Shown: positions 14,969 to 26,162, numbered from the stretch's first letter. The stretch is DNA of 64,000 nucleotides from Eledone cirrhosa (GCA_964016885.1 OZ024754.1:41106001-41170000); one strand, 5' to 3'. Program-made: numbers and translations. Notes: a model not told the origin generated them from the sequence alone.

Positions 14969-15815
14969 ACTCTGTGTTTACTATGGATGACATATGTCTG
15001 TCTGTGTTTACTATGGATGACATATGTCTCTGTGTTTACTATAGATGACATATGTCTGTCTGTGTTTACTATAGATGACATATGTCTGTCTGTGTTTACT
15101 ATAGATGACATATGTCTGTCTGTGTTTACTATAGATGACATATGTCTGTCTGTGTTTACTATAGATGACATATGTCTGTCTCTGTTTACTATGGATGACA
15201 CATGTCTGTCTGTGTTTACTATAGATGACATATGTCTGTCTGTGTTTACTATAGATGACATATGTCTGTCTGTGTTTACTATAGATGACATATGTCTGTC
15301 TGTTTACTATGGATGACATATGTCTGTCTGTGTTTACTATAGATGACACATGGCTGTCTGTGTTTACTATAGATGACACATGGCTGTCTGTGTTTACTAT
15401 AGATGACATATATCTGTCTGTGTTTACTATAGATGACATCTGTCTGTCTGTGTTTACTATAGATGACATCTGTCTGTCTGTGTTTACTATAGATGACATA
15501 TGTCTGTCTGTGTTTACTATAGATGACATATGGCTGTCTGTGTTTACTATAGATGACATATGGCTGTCTGTGTTTACTATAGATGACATATGGCTGTCTG
15601 TGTTTACTATAGATGACATATGTCTGTCTGTGTTTACTATAGATGACATATGTCTGTCTGTTTACTATAGATGACATATGTCTGTCTCTGTTTACTATAG
15701 ATGACATATGCCTCTGTGTTTACTATAGATGACACATGTCTGTCTGTGTTTACTATAGATGACACATGTCTGTATATGTTTACTATAGATGACATCTGTC
15801 TGTCTGCGTTTACTC
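14969..15815. repeat. 30-bp minisatellite, about 28 copies
   Basis: Unit TCTGTGTTTACTATAGATGACATATGTCTG. Confidence 0.97.
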
Positions 15816-15848
15816 TCTAGTAATTCTCTCATCTTTCCATCTCTGTAG

Positions 15849-15885
15849 GTAATGATGAGTTGGTTGAAGTCCATGATATTGAGAG
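15849..15885 (+). CDS. DCAF5: DCAF5 exon B, 37-nt microexon
   Basis: ctctgtag|GTAATGATGAG...GAGAG|gtaag; encodes GNDELVEVHDIE with compatible phases on both sides. Absent from the ORF track. Confidence 0.93.
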
Positions 15886-16016
15886 GTAAGATTTTCTACA
15901 TTAGGTACACAATTCTCTAGTTTACATTAACTTATTCACAACTGGCGATATATTCCTAAGTCTTTTCACCATTTGAGTGACAGTACAATACATTTCTTGC
16001 ATCTTCTAGTATCATG

Positions 16017-16064
<48 letters not shown>

Positions 16065-16351
16065 TCTTCAAATTTATTATTATTACTATTTGGCTCCCTT
16101 GGTTGAGCAGTCTATTGACTTATATTCATCAAGCAGAAACAACACCTGAATATTTCTACAAAGAACATTCCCGTACCTAGCAGGAAGACATACCTAAAAC
16201 TTACAGAAAACAATCGTCTTCCTGTTTTCCTTCGGTTGCAACGTTTTTTGAAATATTTACTTCAGCGTTCACAGATTGTTTTTTTTTTAGTTTCAGAAGA
16301 TCCCGTTAAGGGTGAAAGCAGCGATTCTTTGCTTCAACTTTAATCTGTTAC

Positions 16352-16392
<41 letters not shown>

Positions 16393-16473
16393 AATATTAG
16401 ACAGGAACAAAAAACGGAGTGGCAGTACAAATGGTAGTTTATTAGGTTCATGCTTTTGAGAGTGCGGGGGTGG

Positions 16474-16547
<74 letters not shown>

Positions 16548-16596
16548 ATAGAAAAAAACGAGGAAGTTTTGTTTATGTGAAAAATATTTATTGCGT

Positions 16597-16682
16597 ATCA
16601 ACGCGTGTTTCACAGATGATTGGCTCAAGGTGACCCCTAGGAGATATGGACCCAACTCCAGTATAGATCTGCTTCTCAGGCT
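16597..16682 (-). ncRNA. Decayed hammerhead ribozyme with extended stem II
   Basis: Minus strand: AGC CUGAGAA GCAGAU..(about 50 nt)..AUCUGU GAAA CACGCG UU GAU, then AATAAA. Shows G8A and CpG-type decay. Confidence 0.5.
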
Positions 16683-16854
16683 GGTGATGTGGCAAGATAT
16701 ATTTTTGTTGTGGTATGTGGACCGAGAATGTATATATATAGGCATTGGCCCTATTTTTTTGTGTGCGTGGGTATGTGTGTATATCCTGGTGTAATTTGTG
16801 GGGTGGCAATGCAGGTGTATATTCACCAGTATTTCACCGTACTACTTACACTAA

Positions 16855-16897
<43 letters not shown>

Positions 16898-16984
16898 AAA
16901 AGGTAAACAGATAAAACAACACAATCGGTACAGTATAGGGAAGGAATTATATTAGGTTAACGCTTGAAATAGCAGGGAGAGGGT

Positions 16985-17018
16985 CTTAACGTTTTGGATG
17001 CTAGTCCTTCATCAGAAG
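16985..17018 (-). ncRNA. Decayed minimal hammerhead ribozyme (G12A)
   Basis: Minus strand: CUU CUGAUGA A GGA cuagca UCC AAAA CG UU AAG. Confidence 0.6.
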
Positions 17019-17225
17019 AAAAGAAATAAGATAGATTGAAGGGATGCACGGGTTGGAATTGGAAAAAAATGTCTTTAGATAAAAATAACAGATCCATTCA
17101 TGTTGATTGAAAACTGCAAGTATACTTTTGTCTCAGATTCAAGCTATCTGATTTTTATATTGATTTTTATATTGATTTTTACATTGATTTTTGTATTGAT
17201 TTTTATATTGATTTTCTTTGTGCAG

Positions 17226-17365
17226 TGGTGCAATGATTGATATATTTCCACATGAAGATGCTGTGTATGGCCTTACAGTAGACCCCAATAACAATAACGT
17301 GTTTGCTAGTGCTTGTGATGATGGAAGGATTCTAATTATTGACATCAGGGAACAACCTGTTAGAG
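17226..17365 (+). CDS. DCAF5: DCAF5 exon C, 140 nt
   Basis: tgcag| ... |gtaag; DIFPHEDAVYGLTVDPNNNNVFASACDDGRILIIDIRE. Confidence 0.95.
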
Positions 17366-17584
17366 GTAAGCTATTCACTTAACCTTTCAAAACTTTTCTT
17401 TGTTAATCCTTTCAGTGATCCTAGGAAATGAGGGAGGAAAACGATTAACAAGATCCCGGACTTCATTTGATTGCCAAGTGGTGTGGAACCAAGGAAACAA
17501 TGTTTCCATTGGTCTTTTCATTGCTAGTACTATCTACTGATCACAACCCCTGGCAGCATCTCTTAAACTGTTATTTCTATATAA

Positions 17585-18110
17585 TATCTGTTTTCCACTG
17601 GAATAGTTATGTTATTGCTATATATCTGTTTTCCACTGGAATAGTTATTATATCTGTTATTGCTATATATGTTTTCCACTGGAATAGTTATATCTGTTAT
17701 TGCTATATATCTGTTTTCCACTGCAATAGTTATATCTGTTATTGCTATATATCTGTTTTCCACTGGAATAGTTATATCTGTTATTGCTATATATCTGTTT
17801 TCCACTACAATAGTTATTATATCTGTTATTGCTATATATCTGTTTTCCACTGGAATAGTTTATATTTGTTATTGCTATATATCTGTTTTCCACTGGAATA
17901 GTTATTATATTTGTTATTGCTATATATCTGTTTTCCACTGCAATAGTTATTATATCTGTTATTGCTATATATCTGTTTTCCACTGGAATAGTTATATCTG
18001 TTATTGCTATATATCTGTTTCCCACCAGAATAGTTATATCTGTTATTTCTATATAATGTTTTTTTTTTGCTGGAATAGTTATTAAATCTGTTATTTCTAT
18101 ATAATATGTT
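17585..18110. repeat. 43-46-bp minisatellite, about 11 copies
   Basis: Unit ATATCTGTTTTCCACTGGAATAGTT(ATT)ATATCTGTTATTGCTAT. Confidence 0.92.
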
Positions 18111-18191
18111 ACCTGTTGAAATGGTTATTATATCAGGTGGTATGGTGCATGTTTCTGAGCTTTTCAGACATGACATCTTTAATTTTGTTAG

Positions 18192-18236
<45 letters not shown>

Positions 18237-18370
18237 CTATTTCAGAGCACCAATTCTAATTTTCAATTTCTGCTTGACCGGCAACTGCTCTGTATAATCA
18301 GTTCCTGATTATTACTAGAATTCTATAAGAATCAAACATTTATGATTTTCAGCAAACAGGTGGAGTACTT

Positions 18371-18415
18371 AGCTTTGATAAGTACCAAAAAGTACGAAAC
18401 ATAGCTCTGTCAGCT
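18371..18415 (+). ncRNA. Type I hammerhead ribozyme, U3-A8 core variant (family A), intronic sense to DCAF5
   Basis: AGCU UUGAUAA GUAC caaaaa GUAC GAAA CA uagcuc UG UC AGCU. All three stems form, the triplet is GUC, and stem I is extended by 18346-18360 pairing with 18424-18438. Confidence 0.75.
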
Positions 18416-18540
18416 TTATCTCCCCTGTTTGCTGAAAATTTAAAGTAAGTGAGACTGTCACTACTCTAAAACAATAGCGTAAGGTCTTCGAAATGCTTTT
18501 AATTAAACATAGTGTATTGCAAAATACACTATATATATAT

Positions 18541-18591
<51 letters not shown>

Positions 18592-18607
18592 TATATATAT
18601 ATATATA

Positions 18608-18910
18608 TGGAGGCACATGGCTTAGTGGTTAGAGCATTGGCCTTGCAATCGAAAGGTTGTGAGTTCAATTCTCGGACCGGGTGATGTGTTAACTCCTTGA
18701 GCAAGACACTTTATTTCACATTGCTCCAGTTTACTCAGCTGTAGAAATGAGATGATAGGGACTGGGGTTCCTATCATTCCACGGCAAAAAAGCACCCAAC
18801 ACTCACTGTAAATGAGGTTGGTGTTAGGAAGGGCATCCAGCTGTAGAAATCAAGCCAGAATCAGTTCCCGTCCCACCTTTGCAAGCAGGGAAAAGTGGAC
18901 GTAAAATGAA
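18608..18910 (+). mobile_element. tRNA-derived CORE-type SINE (family 2) with RTE-derived tail
   Basis: A box TGGCTTAGTGG, B box GAGTTCAATTC, core CCTTGAGCAAGACACT. Other copies at 32790-32935 and 38502-38888. Confidence 0.85.
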
Positions 18911-19043
18911 ATGAAACGAAATATATATATATATACATTTATATATTTTATAAAGAGTCAGGGCCCAATGGCTGAGCTCCTGCCATTTCAACAGCTAGTT
19001 CCAGATTGATATATATATAATGATGATGCTTTTATATTTGTAG

Positions 19044-19173
19044 ATGAGTTTTGTTTGGCTGAGTACACCTCGTCAATGCATGCTGTGATGTATAATCCTA
19101 TGGAACCACGCCTCATAGCAACAGCTAATGTCCGAGAAGGCCTTGGTCTCTGGGATATCCGTAAACCCCGCAC
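19044..19173 (+). CDS. DCAF5: DCAF5 exon D, 130 nt
   Basis: tag| ... |gtaag; FCLAEYTSSMHAVMYNPMEPRLIATANVREGLGLWDIRKP. Confidence 0.95.
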
Positions 19174-19436
19174 GTAAGATGATATTTTATGTTAATCAAT
19201 AACTTATAGTCAGAAAGATTGTTTTTTGGGGGGGATATACTTGGGCTAAATTCCTTGCAGTACATGCCATCTCCCTTTTAAGGCCTTCAATTACTGGCAT
19301 TCCTTTACAACCATCAGGTAAAAACAACAGCAAAAAAGATACAGATTTCTTTCTCAGTTGGAATATAGAGAAAACATTGCAAGTGAGAGGTGTCACCCAA
19401 TCATTATTAATTGACAAGATTTAGTTTTGTGCATTG

Positions 19437-19612
19437 ATTACCAAAGATCACAAACCCTAAATTCCCAAATGTTTTACCAAAGATCACAAACCCTAAATTC
19501 CCAAATGTTTTACCAAAGATCACAAACCCTAAATTCCCAAATGTTTTACCAAAGATCACAAACCCTAAATTCCCAAATGTTTTACCAAAGATCCCCAACC
19601 CTAAATTTCCAA
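19437..19612. repeat. 39-bp tandem repeat, about 4.5 copies
   Basis: Seen directly. Confidence 0.9.
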
Positions 19613-19944
19613 GTGTTTATATACAGTCTTCTATCTTACTTTTTATTGAGGGAGAAAAGGGCCTCAGGGCCTAGTGGGAGCACTTGTCCTCAGACCGGAG
19701 ATCTGGCCTGAATGCTGACAACAGAGGGGACTTCACTAAAGATACCTTACAGTCATGTTGTGTTAAACTGAGAGATTTAGGCAACTCTCCCCCACCTCTC
19801 TCACTCATTCTCTCTTCCACCTTTCTCACTCTTCCGCACTCTTTCTGTCCTCCACCTTTCTCTCCCCCACCTCTCCCTCACTATTCTGCCCTCTTTCTCT
19901 CACCAGTCACCATGTTTTCTAAGTTATCTCTCATCTTGTTGTAG

Positions 19945-20164
19945 GTCTGTGTTACGTTATGAAGGCACCGGTCACCATGTTCAACAGAGTTGTATGAGCG
20001 TTCGTATTAATGCTCTTGGAGATAAAATTATTGCTCTTCGTCGCCGATTACCACCGGTCCTTTATAACTTCAATAGTCCAACTCCTATTTGTGAATTTGA
20101 CCAACCTGGTTACTATAATTCTTGTACAATGAAAAGTTGCTGTTTTGCTGGGGACCAGGATCAG
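19945..20164 (+). CDS. DCAF5: DCAF5 exon E, 220 nt
   Basis: gtag| ... CAG|gtagc; ALRRRLPPVLY and GYYNSCTMKSCCFAGDQDQ are DCAF5 hallmarks. Confidence 0.96.
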
Positions 20165-20720
20165 GTAGCAATTATCTCTAATCTCTATTCATTACATTTT
20201 ATAATAATAATGAAAATTATTGTGTACAGTGCTCAGGTGCACTACAACTCATCAAAGGTGCATGTATAGTACATTGAATAATGTACAAATGTCAGGAAAG
20301 TGAACAGTGTATGAGTTATGATATACATGCGTGCATGTGTATGGAGGGGGAATATCAAACTACTTGTGTAAGTCCAGTTTAGAATAGGTACACCATATTC
20401 CTGCATGGATTGGCACCAGGTAAAACATCCAACCATAAAATATTGATTCAAAAAGGATCCCGTGATGTGTATTAAAGCTTGTCATAAGGTCCACAAAATT
20501 AGCCCCTTCTTTAGCAGGGGAAAATGGCCTTCAAATGCTTGTTTTACATCAAACAAAATTTTTCTCTTGTTATTTATTAATCTTTATTATCTGCTTGCTT
20601 CCTTATACAAAAACATCGGCAACTATACCTCTATATGGACGCTTAACATGCAAGAAACAGCTGCTAAATCTCACTCAAATTAATCTATTATGTTATGAAA
20701 GGAAGGATTCGTTGTATAGA

Positions 20721-20756
<36 letters not shown>

Positions 20757-21098
20757 CGATTTCAAAGAAGAAATAAAACCGAGATTGTTATGGTTGGCTG
20801 GGTTTCAAATGTTGTTGGAATCACCCTTAGACATTGTGTACACCTTTCTCTATCCATAGCAATATGTGTAACTAATGGGGCAATTCGTTTAACTGATGCT
20901 AGCATAGGAAATGGAAGTTAAATGATGATGTTTATTTGTCCCATAGAGGTTAAACCTCTCGTTATGAATGATGTAATTAAAAATGTTTATTTGTCCCATT
21001 GAGGTTAAGTCCCTTGTTATAAATGTTGATGTAATTAAAAATAGAGAGTAAGCCTCTCGTCATAATGATATAATTAAACATGTTTACTTTATTTCTAG

Positions 21099-21165
21099 TA
21101 TATTCTATCTGGTTCTGACGATTTTAATTTGTATATGTGGAAGATTCCTGAGGACTTATCTAAAA
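21099..21165 (+). CDS. DCAF5: DCAF5 exon F, 67 nt
   Basis: ttctag| ... |gtaagt; YILSGSDDFNLYMWKIPEDLSK. Confidence 0.96.
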
Positions 21166-21990
21166 GTAAGTTGTTTTTTTTTTTGTTTTATTAATTCCTT
21201 ACTGATTGAATGTTTGAATCTCCTCATCTTTTTTTTTATTGGAAATTGATTAATTAACGCTAGCATATATACATAGACTCGTAACCCCTGATGGAGTGAT
21301 ATACAGTGTGTCTTGGGCATTTAAAACCTGGTGGAGACTATCTCATCTCCAAGGTCTGAATACAGCAGATTTCTCCCAGAGAGAGAGAGAGAGATAAAAA
21401 GGAAGTGATAAAGAGACAGAAGAATCAATCTTGGGACTAGTTTGGTTTTTTTTTTATTGACCTCGAAAGGCTGAAAGGCAAAGTTGACCTCAGCAGGTTT
21501 TGAAGTCAGAGTGCAGAGAGTTAGAATAAATACTGCAAAGTATCTATATGGCCTAACAATTCTGCCAATTTGCTACCCTAACCCTAACCCTAACTAGCTT
21601 GCCCTTTAATTAAACAAAAATACAAAACAAAATTTAAAGAAATCATCTGAAAATTTTATCTATTTTTGCTGTAATCCAGTTTTTATTGATGAGATCTGTT
21701 CGGTTAGAGCTGGATCTAGTTTCGATTCCTACTGTATCCTGTAATTAGAGAGAGAACATCTCTTCCCGATGTCTTTAATTTATTTCTCGGAAATTCCAGA
21801 CTCTTTTTATGTCAACAACTCAAAATTCAGTAAAGCCAACATTTCATAAGAGTTACCTCACCTTGATATTATAGTTTTCGTTCTTAGTTGATTTTTTTTC
21901 TGATGAACTTTTATCTTAAATACTGCCATCTTTTAAACACTTTAATTTATAATATTGACTTGATTTTTGTTTTGCTATTCTCATTAATAG

Positions 21991-22109
21991 GGACCTATGT
22001 CAACAGAGCTCATATGGTTCTTAGGGATCATCGATCCATTGTAAACCAAGTGCGATTTAATCCATGTAACCATTTGATAGTATCATCTGGTGTAGAGAAA
22101 GTAGTCAAG
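21991..22109 (+). CDS. DCAF5: DCAF5 exon G, 119 nt
   Basis: aatag| ... AAG|gtatgt; HMVLRDHRSIVNQVRFNP...SSGVEKVVK. Confidence 0.95.
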
Positions 22110-22116
22110 GTATGTA

Positions 22117-22291
22117 TATTGGAAATTGAGAGTATTACATATTGATCTTAACATATTGGAAATTGAGAGTATTATATATTGATCTTAACATATTGGAAAT
22201 TGAAAGTATTATATATTGATCTTAACATATTGGAAATTGAAAGTATTATATATTGATCTTAACATATTGGAAATTGAAAGTATTACATATT
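22117..22291. repeat. 37-bp tandem repeat, about 4.7 copies, starting just after the exon G donor
   Basis: Seen directly. Confidence 0.9.
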
Positions 22292-23202
22292 GTTATAAAC
22301 ATTAATTATATATTCATAAATTACTCTCGGGGTCCCCCCCAAAATAGGTGTGGATAGATCACGTGGTATCTGTTCTAAGTTATGGTTGTATCATCATCAT
22401 CATCATCGTTTAACGTCTATCTTCCACGCTAGCATGGGTTAGATGGGCTATCTATTTCTGAATTAGAATGTCCATCAACATCCAGCCCACACTGTAATGT
22501 GGTCGTATAGGTGTCAACAAAAAGCACCCAGCTTCCACTGTAAAGTAGTTATATAGGTGTCACAACAAAAAGTACCCAGTACACACTGTTAAGTGGTCAT
22601 GTAGGTGTCACAACAAAAAGCACCCAGCACTCGCTGTAAATGAAGTTGGCGTTAGGAAGGGCATCCAGCTGTAGAAACGAAGCCCAAATCAGTTCTGTAT
22701 GAGCAAGACATGGTCACCTGACCTAGCATTGCCCACAACAGAACAACTCGTCTAACCCATGCTAGCATGGAAAAATGGACGTAAAATGATAATGATGATG
22801 ATATTAAAAATTGAAATTATTGATATTAAATGAGAAATTTGTTCTTTTTAATAAAACAAAACAAAAAAAAAAAAAATCTAAATTTATTAATTGTTGGCAA
22901 CACGACAAAAATCACCCCAGTAGACAGACGAATGGAAACATTGTTTCCCTGGTCCAATTTGGCGAGTTCCACTCAACTCGGTAAACGAGGTTTTGGAACT
23001 TGTTAATCGTTTCTATACATGTCCAGCACAAAACACACGAGTTATCTCCCCTGGCTTGATAGCTCTATATTTTATACCTGTCTAACCAGTGAACACCTTT
23101 ATGCAGTACATGCAACAGTGGCAGCTCGTTGTGTCTGTGTGTCTCCTTTTTTCTATTGCTTTCCTTTCATCATCATCATCATCATTATCATTTTAATATG
23201 GG

Positions 23203-23355
23203 GGTTACAGCCAATTTACTATTGCATTTGCTAGTGTGATGAGCACAACAGATGCTGACAGATCACAACAGATGCTGACAGATCACAACAGATGCTGATC
23301 ATTACGATCATCATTCCCATTCTTCTCAGAACAACAACAACAACAACAACAACAG
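23203..23355 (+). other. Intronic duplicate of a DCAF5 last-exon segment
   Basis: Matches 23828-23958 and is flanked by a direct duplication (23113-23198 and 23350-23428). Confidence 0.9.
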
Positions 23356-23479
23356 TGGCAGCTCGTTGTCTGTGTCTGTGTGCCTGCTTTTTTCTATTGC
23401 TTTCATCATCATCATCATCATTTTAATAAATTCCTTTCTCTTTATTAATATTCTCCTTTGTATTTTTTGTTTCAACCAG

Positions 23480-25179
23480 ATATGGAGCCCATTCTTAATT
23501 CCAAGTTCCAATGGAAGCTTAAAAAAAACTTTGAAAATTTCTCAGCCTGAGCGTCCTGTCTACACACACGAGGAATATATTAACCTAGTTCTACGAAGTG
23601 GTCATGTGATGTCACATGACTATACACACCAATCAATGGAGGAAGATCCTCGTATGATGGCTTTTTTTGACTCTTTGGTACAGCGGGAGCTGGAAGGATG
23701 GAGTTCTGAAGATGACTATTCCAATTTCTCTACAAATGATGAGGATGAAGTTTATGAACGGATGGTTCAGGCTCGTGCGGAGCTCCTTGAGATCTCCCCA
23801 CACCCTAGTTCCGACGAAGAAGAAGGAGGTTACAGCCCTTTTACTATTGCATTTGCTAGTGTGATGAGCACGACGGATGCTGACAGATCACAACAGAGCC
23901 GACCATTACGATCATCATCATCCCATTCTTCTCAGAACAACAACAACAACAACAACAGCGGTAATAGTAATAATAAGAAGAGTAATTGTAATGGTGGCGG
24001 TGGTAGTAGTAGTAGTAGTAGTAGTGGTGGTGCCAGTACCAGCAGCAGCAGCAACACCAGCAACACTACTACTACTACTACTACTACGACCACAAATACT
24101 AACACTGCCAGTACAAACATGAGCAACAACAACAGCAATAGCACCACCAGCACCACTACTACCACCACCACCAGTCTTTCTACAAATACTGTAAATTCAA
24201 CATTTTTAAATATGCCGTTAGAAAGAGAGTTTAATCCTGGAAACGTGGATGTTGCGAATGGAAGTACGTCAATGCTCGAAGGTCAACAACCCAGCAACAA
24301 CCGTAAAAGTATTTCCCAGTTGATTGCTCGAAAAAGAAAAGAAAATGCCAACATAATGTTTAATAAAGTGAGACATATGTCTGCTGCGAAGAAACGTGTT
24401 TGTCCGTGGAATCCTTCAAGTTCGGAATCTGACGAGGATGGCAACTACCTAGCGTCTGCTAAACTAAAGAAAATGGTGCCACAGACAAGTGCAGCTAGCA
24501 GCACAATGGCATCATCTACCACTTCATCTGTGGACTTGTGGCACTCACGAAACGGTACCAACTCTCAGCAAAAGCAGAAGGCCTTAGCTGATCTGAAAAA
24601 ATGGAAAGAGCTGCGCCATCAAGTGAACTCTTCAAGTTACCAATTACCAGAGACTAAACTGACTTCCCACACTCCTGCATTGTCTTCTTCTTCTTCTTCC
24701 TCTTCTTCTTCTTCCTCCTCTTCTTCTTCTTCCCCTTCTTCCTCTTCCTCATCGTCGTCTTCATCCTCCTCTACATCCACCTCCTCCTCCTCCTCTTCTT
24801 CCTCTTCCTCGTCCCCGCCCTGCCTACAAGACCGGTCAAAGTCAACCACATCATCAAAGTCACTTGTGTCGGTGGTCAGCAGCTCTGGGTCGGCTGAGAG
24901 CAAAGGTCACCGCGACGAAATGGAGCTGGGGCCATACTTGCACAAACTGGAGAGTCAACCGTGTGCCCTAGGGGACGGCCTGCTCAACAAGAACAACAGC
25001 AAGAACAACAACAGCAAGAACAGCAAGAACAACAACAACAAGAGCAACAAGAGCAGCAGCAGCAGCAACAAGAATGATGATGCGTCTAAATCTGTGAAGA
25101 AGGGAATCAGTGGGAGCAACAGTAGCCGTGTCAGTGTTGCTGGGACAGAGAAAACACAACACACCAACAGTTCACACCC

Positions 25180-25212
<33 letters not shown>

Positions 25213-25558
25213 GCCATCATTAACTACTACTACCACTTCTAATGTTTTCTGTTCTCTTGAAAATAACTACAATAACGATAATCATAACAACAATAACAAC
25301 AACAATAATAATAATGTGAATAATCATGCCATATCCAACATGACCAGTGTTAGTAGTGGTGGTAGTAGTAGTACTACAAGTGCTAGTAATAACATTGCTA
25401 GCAATAGTAGTAGTGGTGGTGGTGGTATTAGGGACAGCTCCACTTTTGAACCTGTTTGGACAGAATTCAAGAGATTCAAACACAGAGTGGAGCGTGCTCG
25501 TCGTAACTACCGGCAACAGAGCCAGTTAGATGTATCTAGTGATGATGATGATGTATGA
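23480..25558 (+). CDS. DCAF5: DCAF5 terminal exon, 692 aa: conserved segment then long low-complexity tail
   Basis: caaccag|ATATGG; IWSPF...YTHEEYINLVL...EDPRMMAFFDSLVQRELEGWSS matches DCAF5; open to TGA at 25556-25558. Confidence 0.93.
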
Positions 25559-25787
25559 AATGATGATTATTATTATTATTATTATTGTCTCCCACTTTGA
25601 CCTCTTTCTTTCCTTCTTCCCTTTTTTTTCTTCTGTCTTCTTTAGTTCCCTCTTTCTTCTCTCTTCAACAAGTTTAAGAGGTCAACCTATTTTGTTTTCC
25701 TCTGCTACTTATGTCTTTCGTATTTTATATCAAACTCTTCTACTCTACTTTCTCATATATATATATATATTTATATATATACATACA

Positions 25788-25820
<33 letters not shown>

Positions 25821-25825
<5 letters not shown>

Positions 25826-26162
25826 TGTATGTATAGTATATTTGTTAATATACTGTGTTTAATTAAAAACATTTTGAACACCATTCACTATGAGTTTAAA
25901 GCAGTGACTGTGTCACTTACTTATTCTCGGCAAAAACTAAGGGGAGTAATCCATCTTCTATAATTCTCGGTGGAAGCGAAGGAGTAAATAATCTTGATAA
26001 CCGCTAACGAGTAAGAAACAGGACTGTCGATTACTCCCCTTCGTTTTTGCTGAGAATAAGTAAGTGACACAGTCACTGCTTTAAACTCACAGCGAATGGT
26101 CTTCAAAATGTTTTTAATTAAACATACAGTATATTATTAAAATATACTATACATACATTCAT
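25821..26162. mobile_element. Foldback element with about 130-bp inverted arms, (TA)n-flanked, hammerhead-bearing (family A)
   Basis: 25821-25951 is the reverse complement of 26029-26162; the right arm is homologous to about 18415-18535. Confidence 0.88.
25989..26033 (+). ncRNA. Type I hammerhead ribozyme, U3-A8 variant (family A), downstream of the DCAF5 stop
   Basis: UAAUC UUGAUAA ccGCU aacg AGUaa GAAA CAG ga CUG UC GAUUA. Stems I and III are good; stem II is weak (3 bp). Confidence 0.62.

Noticed and set aside
18608-18680. tRNA gene
   Set aside because: The A/B boxes belong to a SINE head continuing into core and tail; the same applies at 32790, 38502 and 51938.
21576-21594. (CCCTAA)3 telomere-like repeat
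   Set aside because: Only about three units at a SINE end; too short to interpret.
23366-23479. N-terminus of the 730-aa ORF resembling a signal or TM segment
   Set aside because: Intronic read-through upstream of the acceptor at 23479; DCAF5 homology starts at IWSP.
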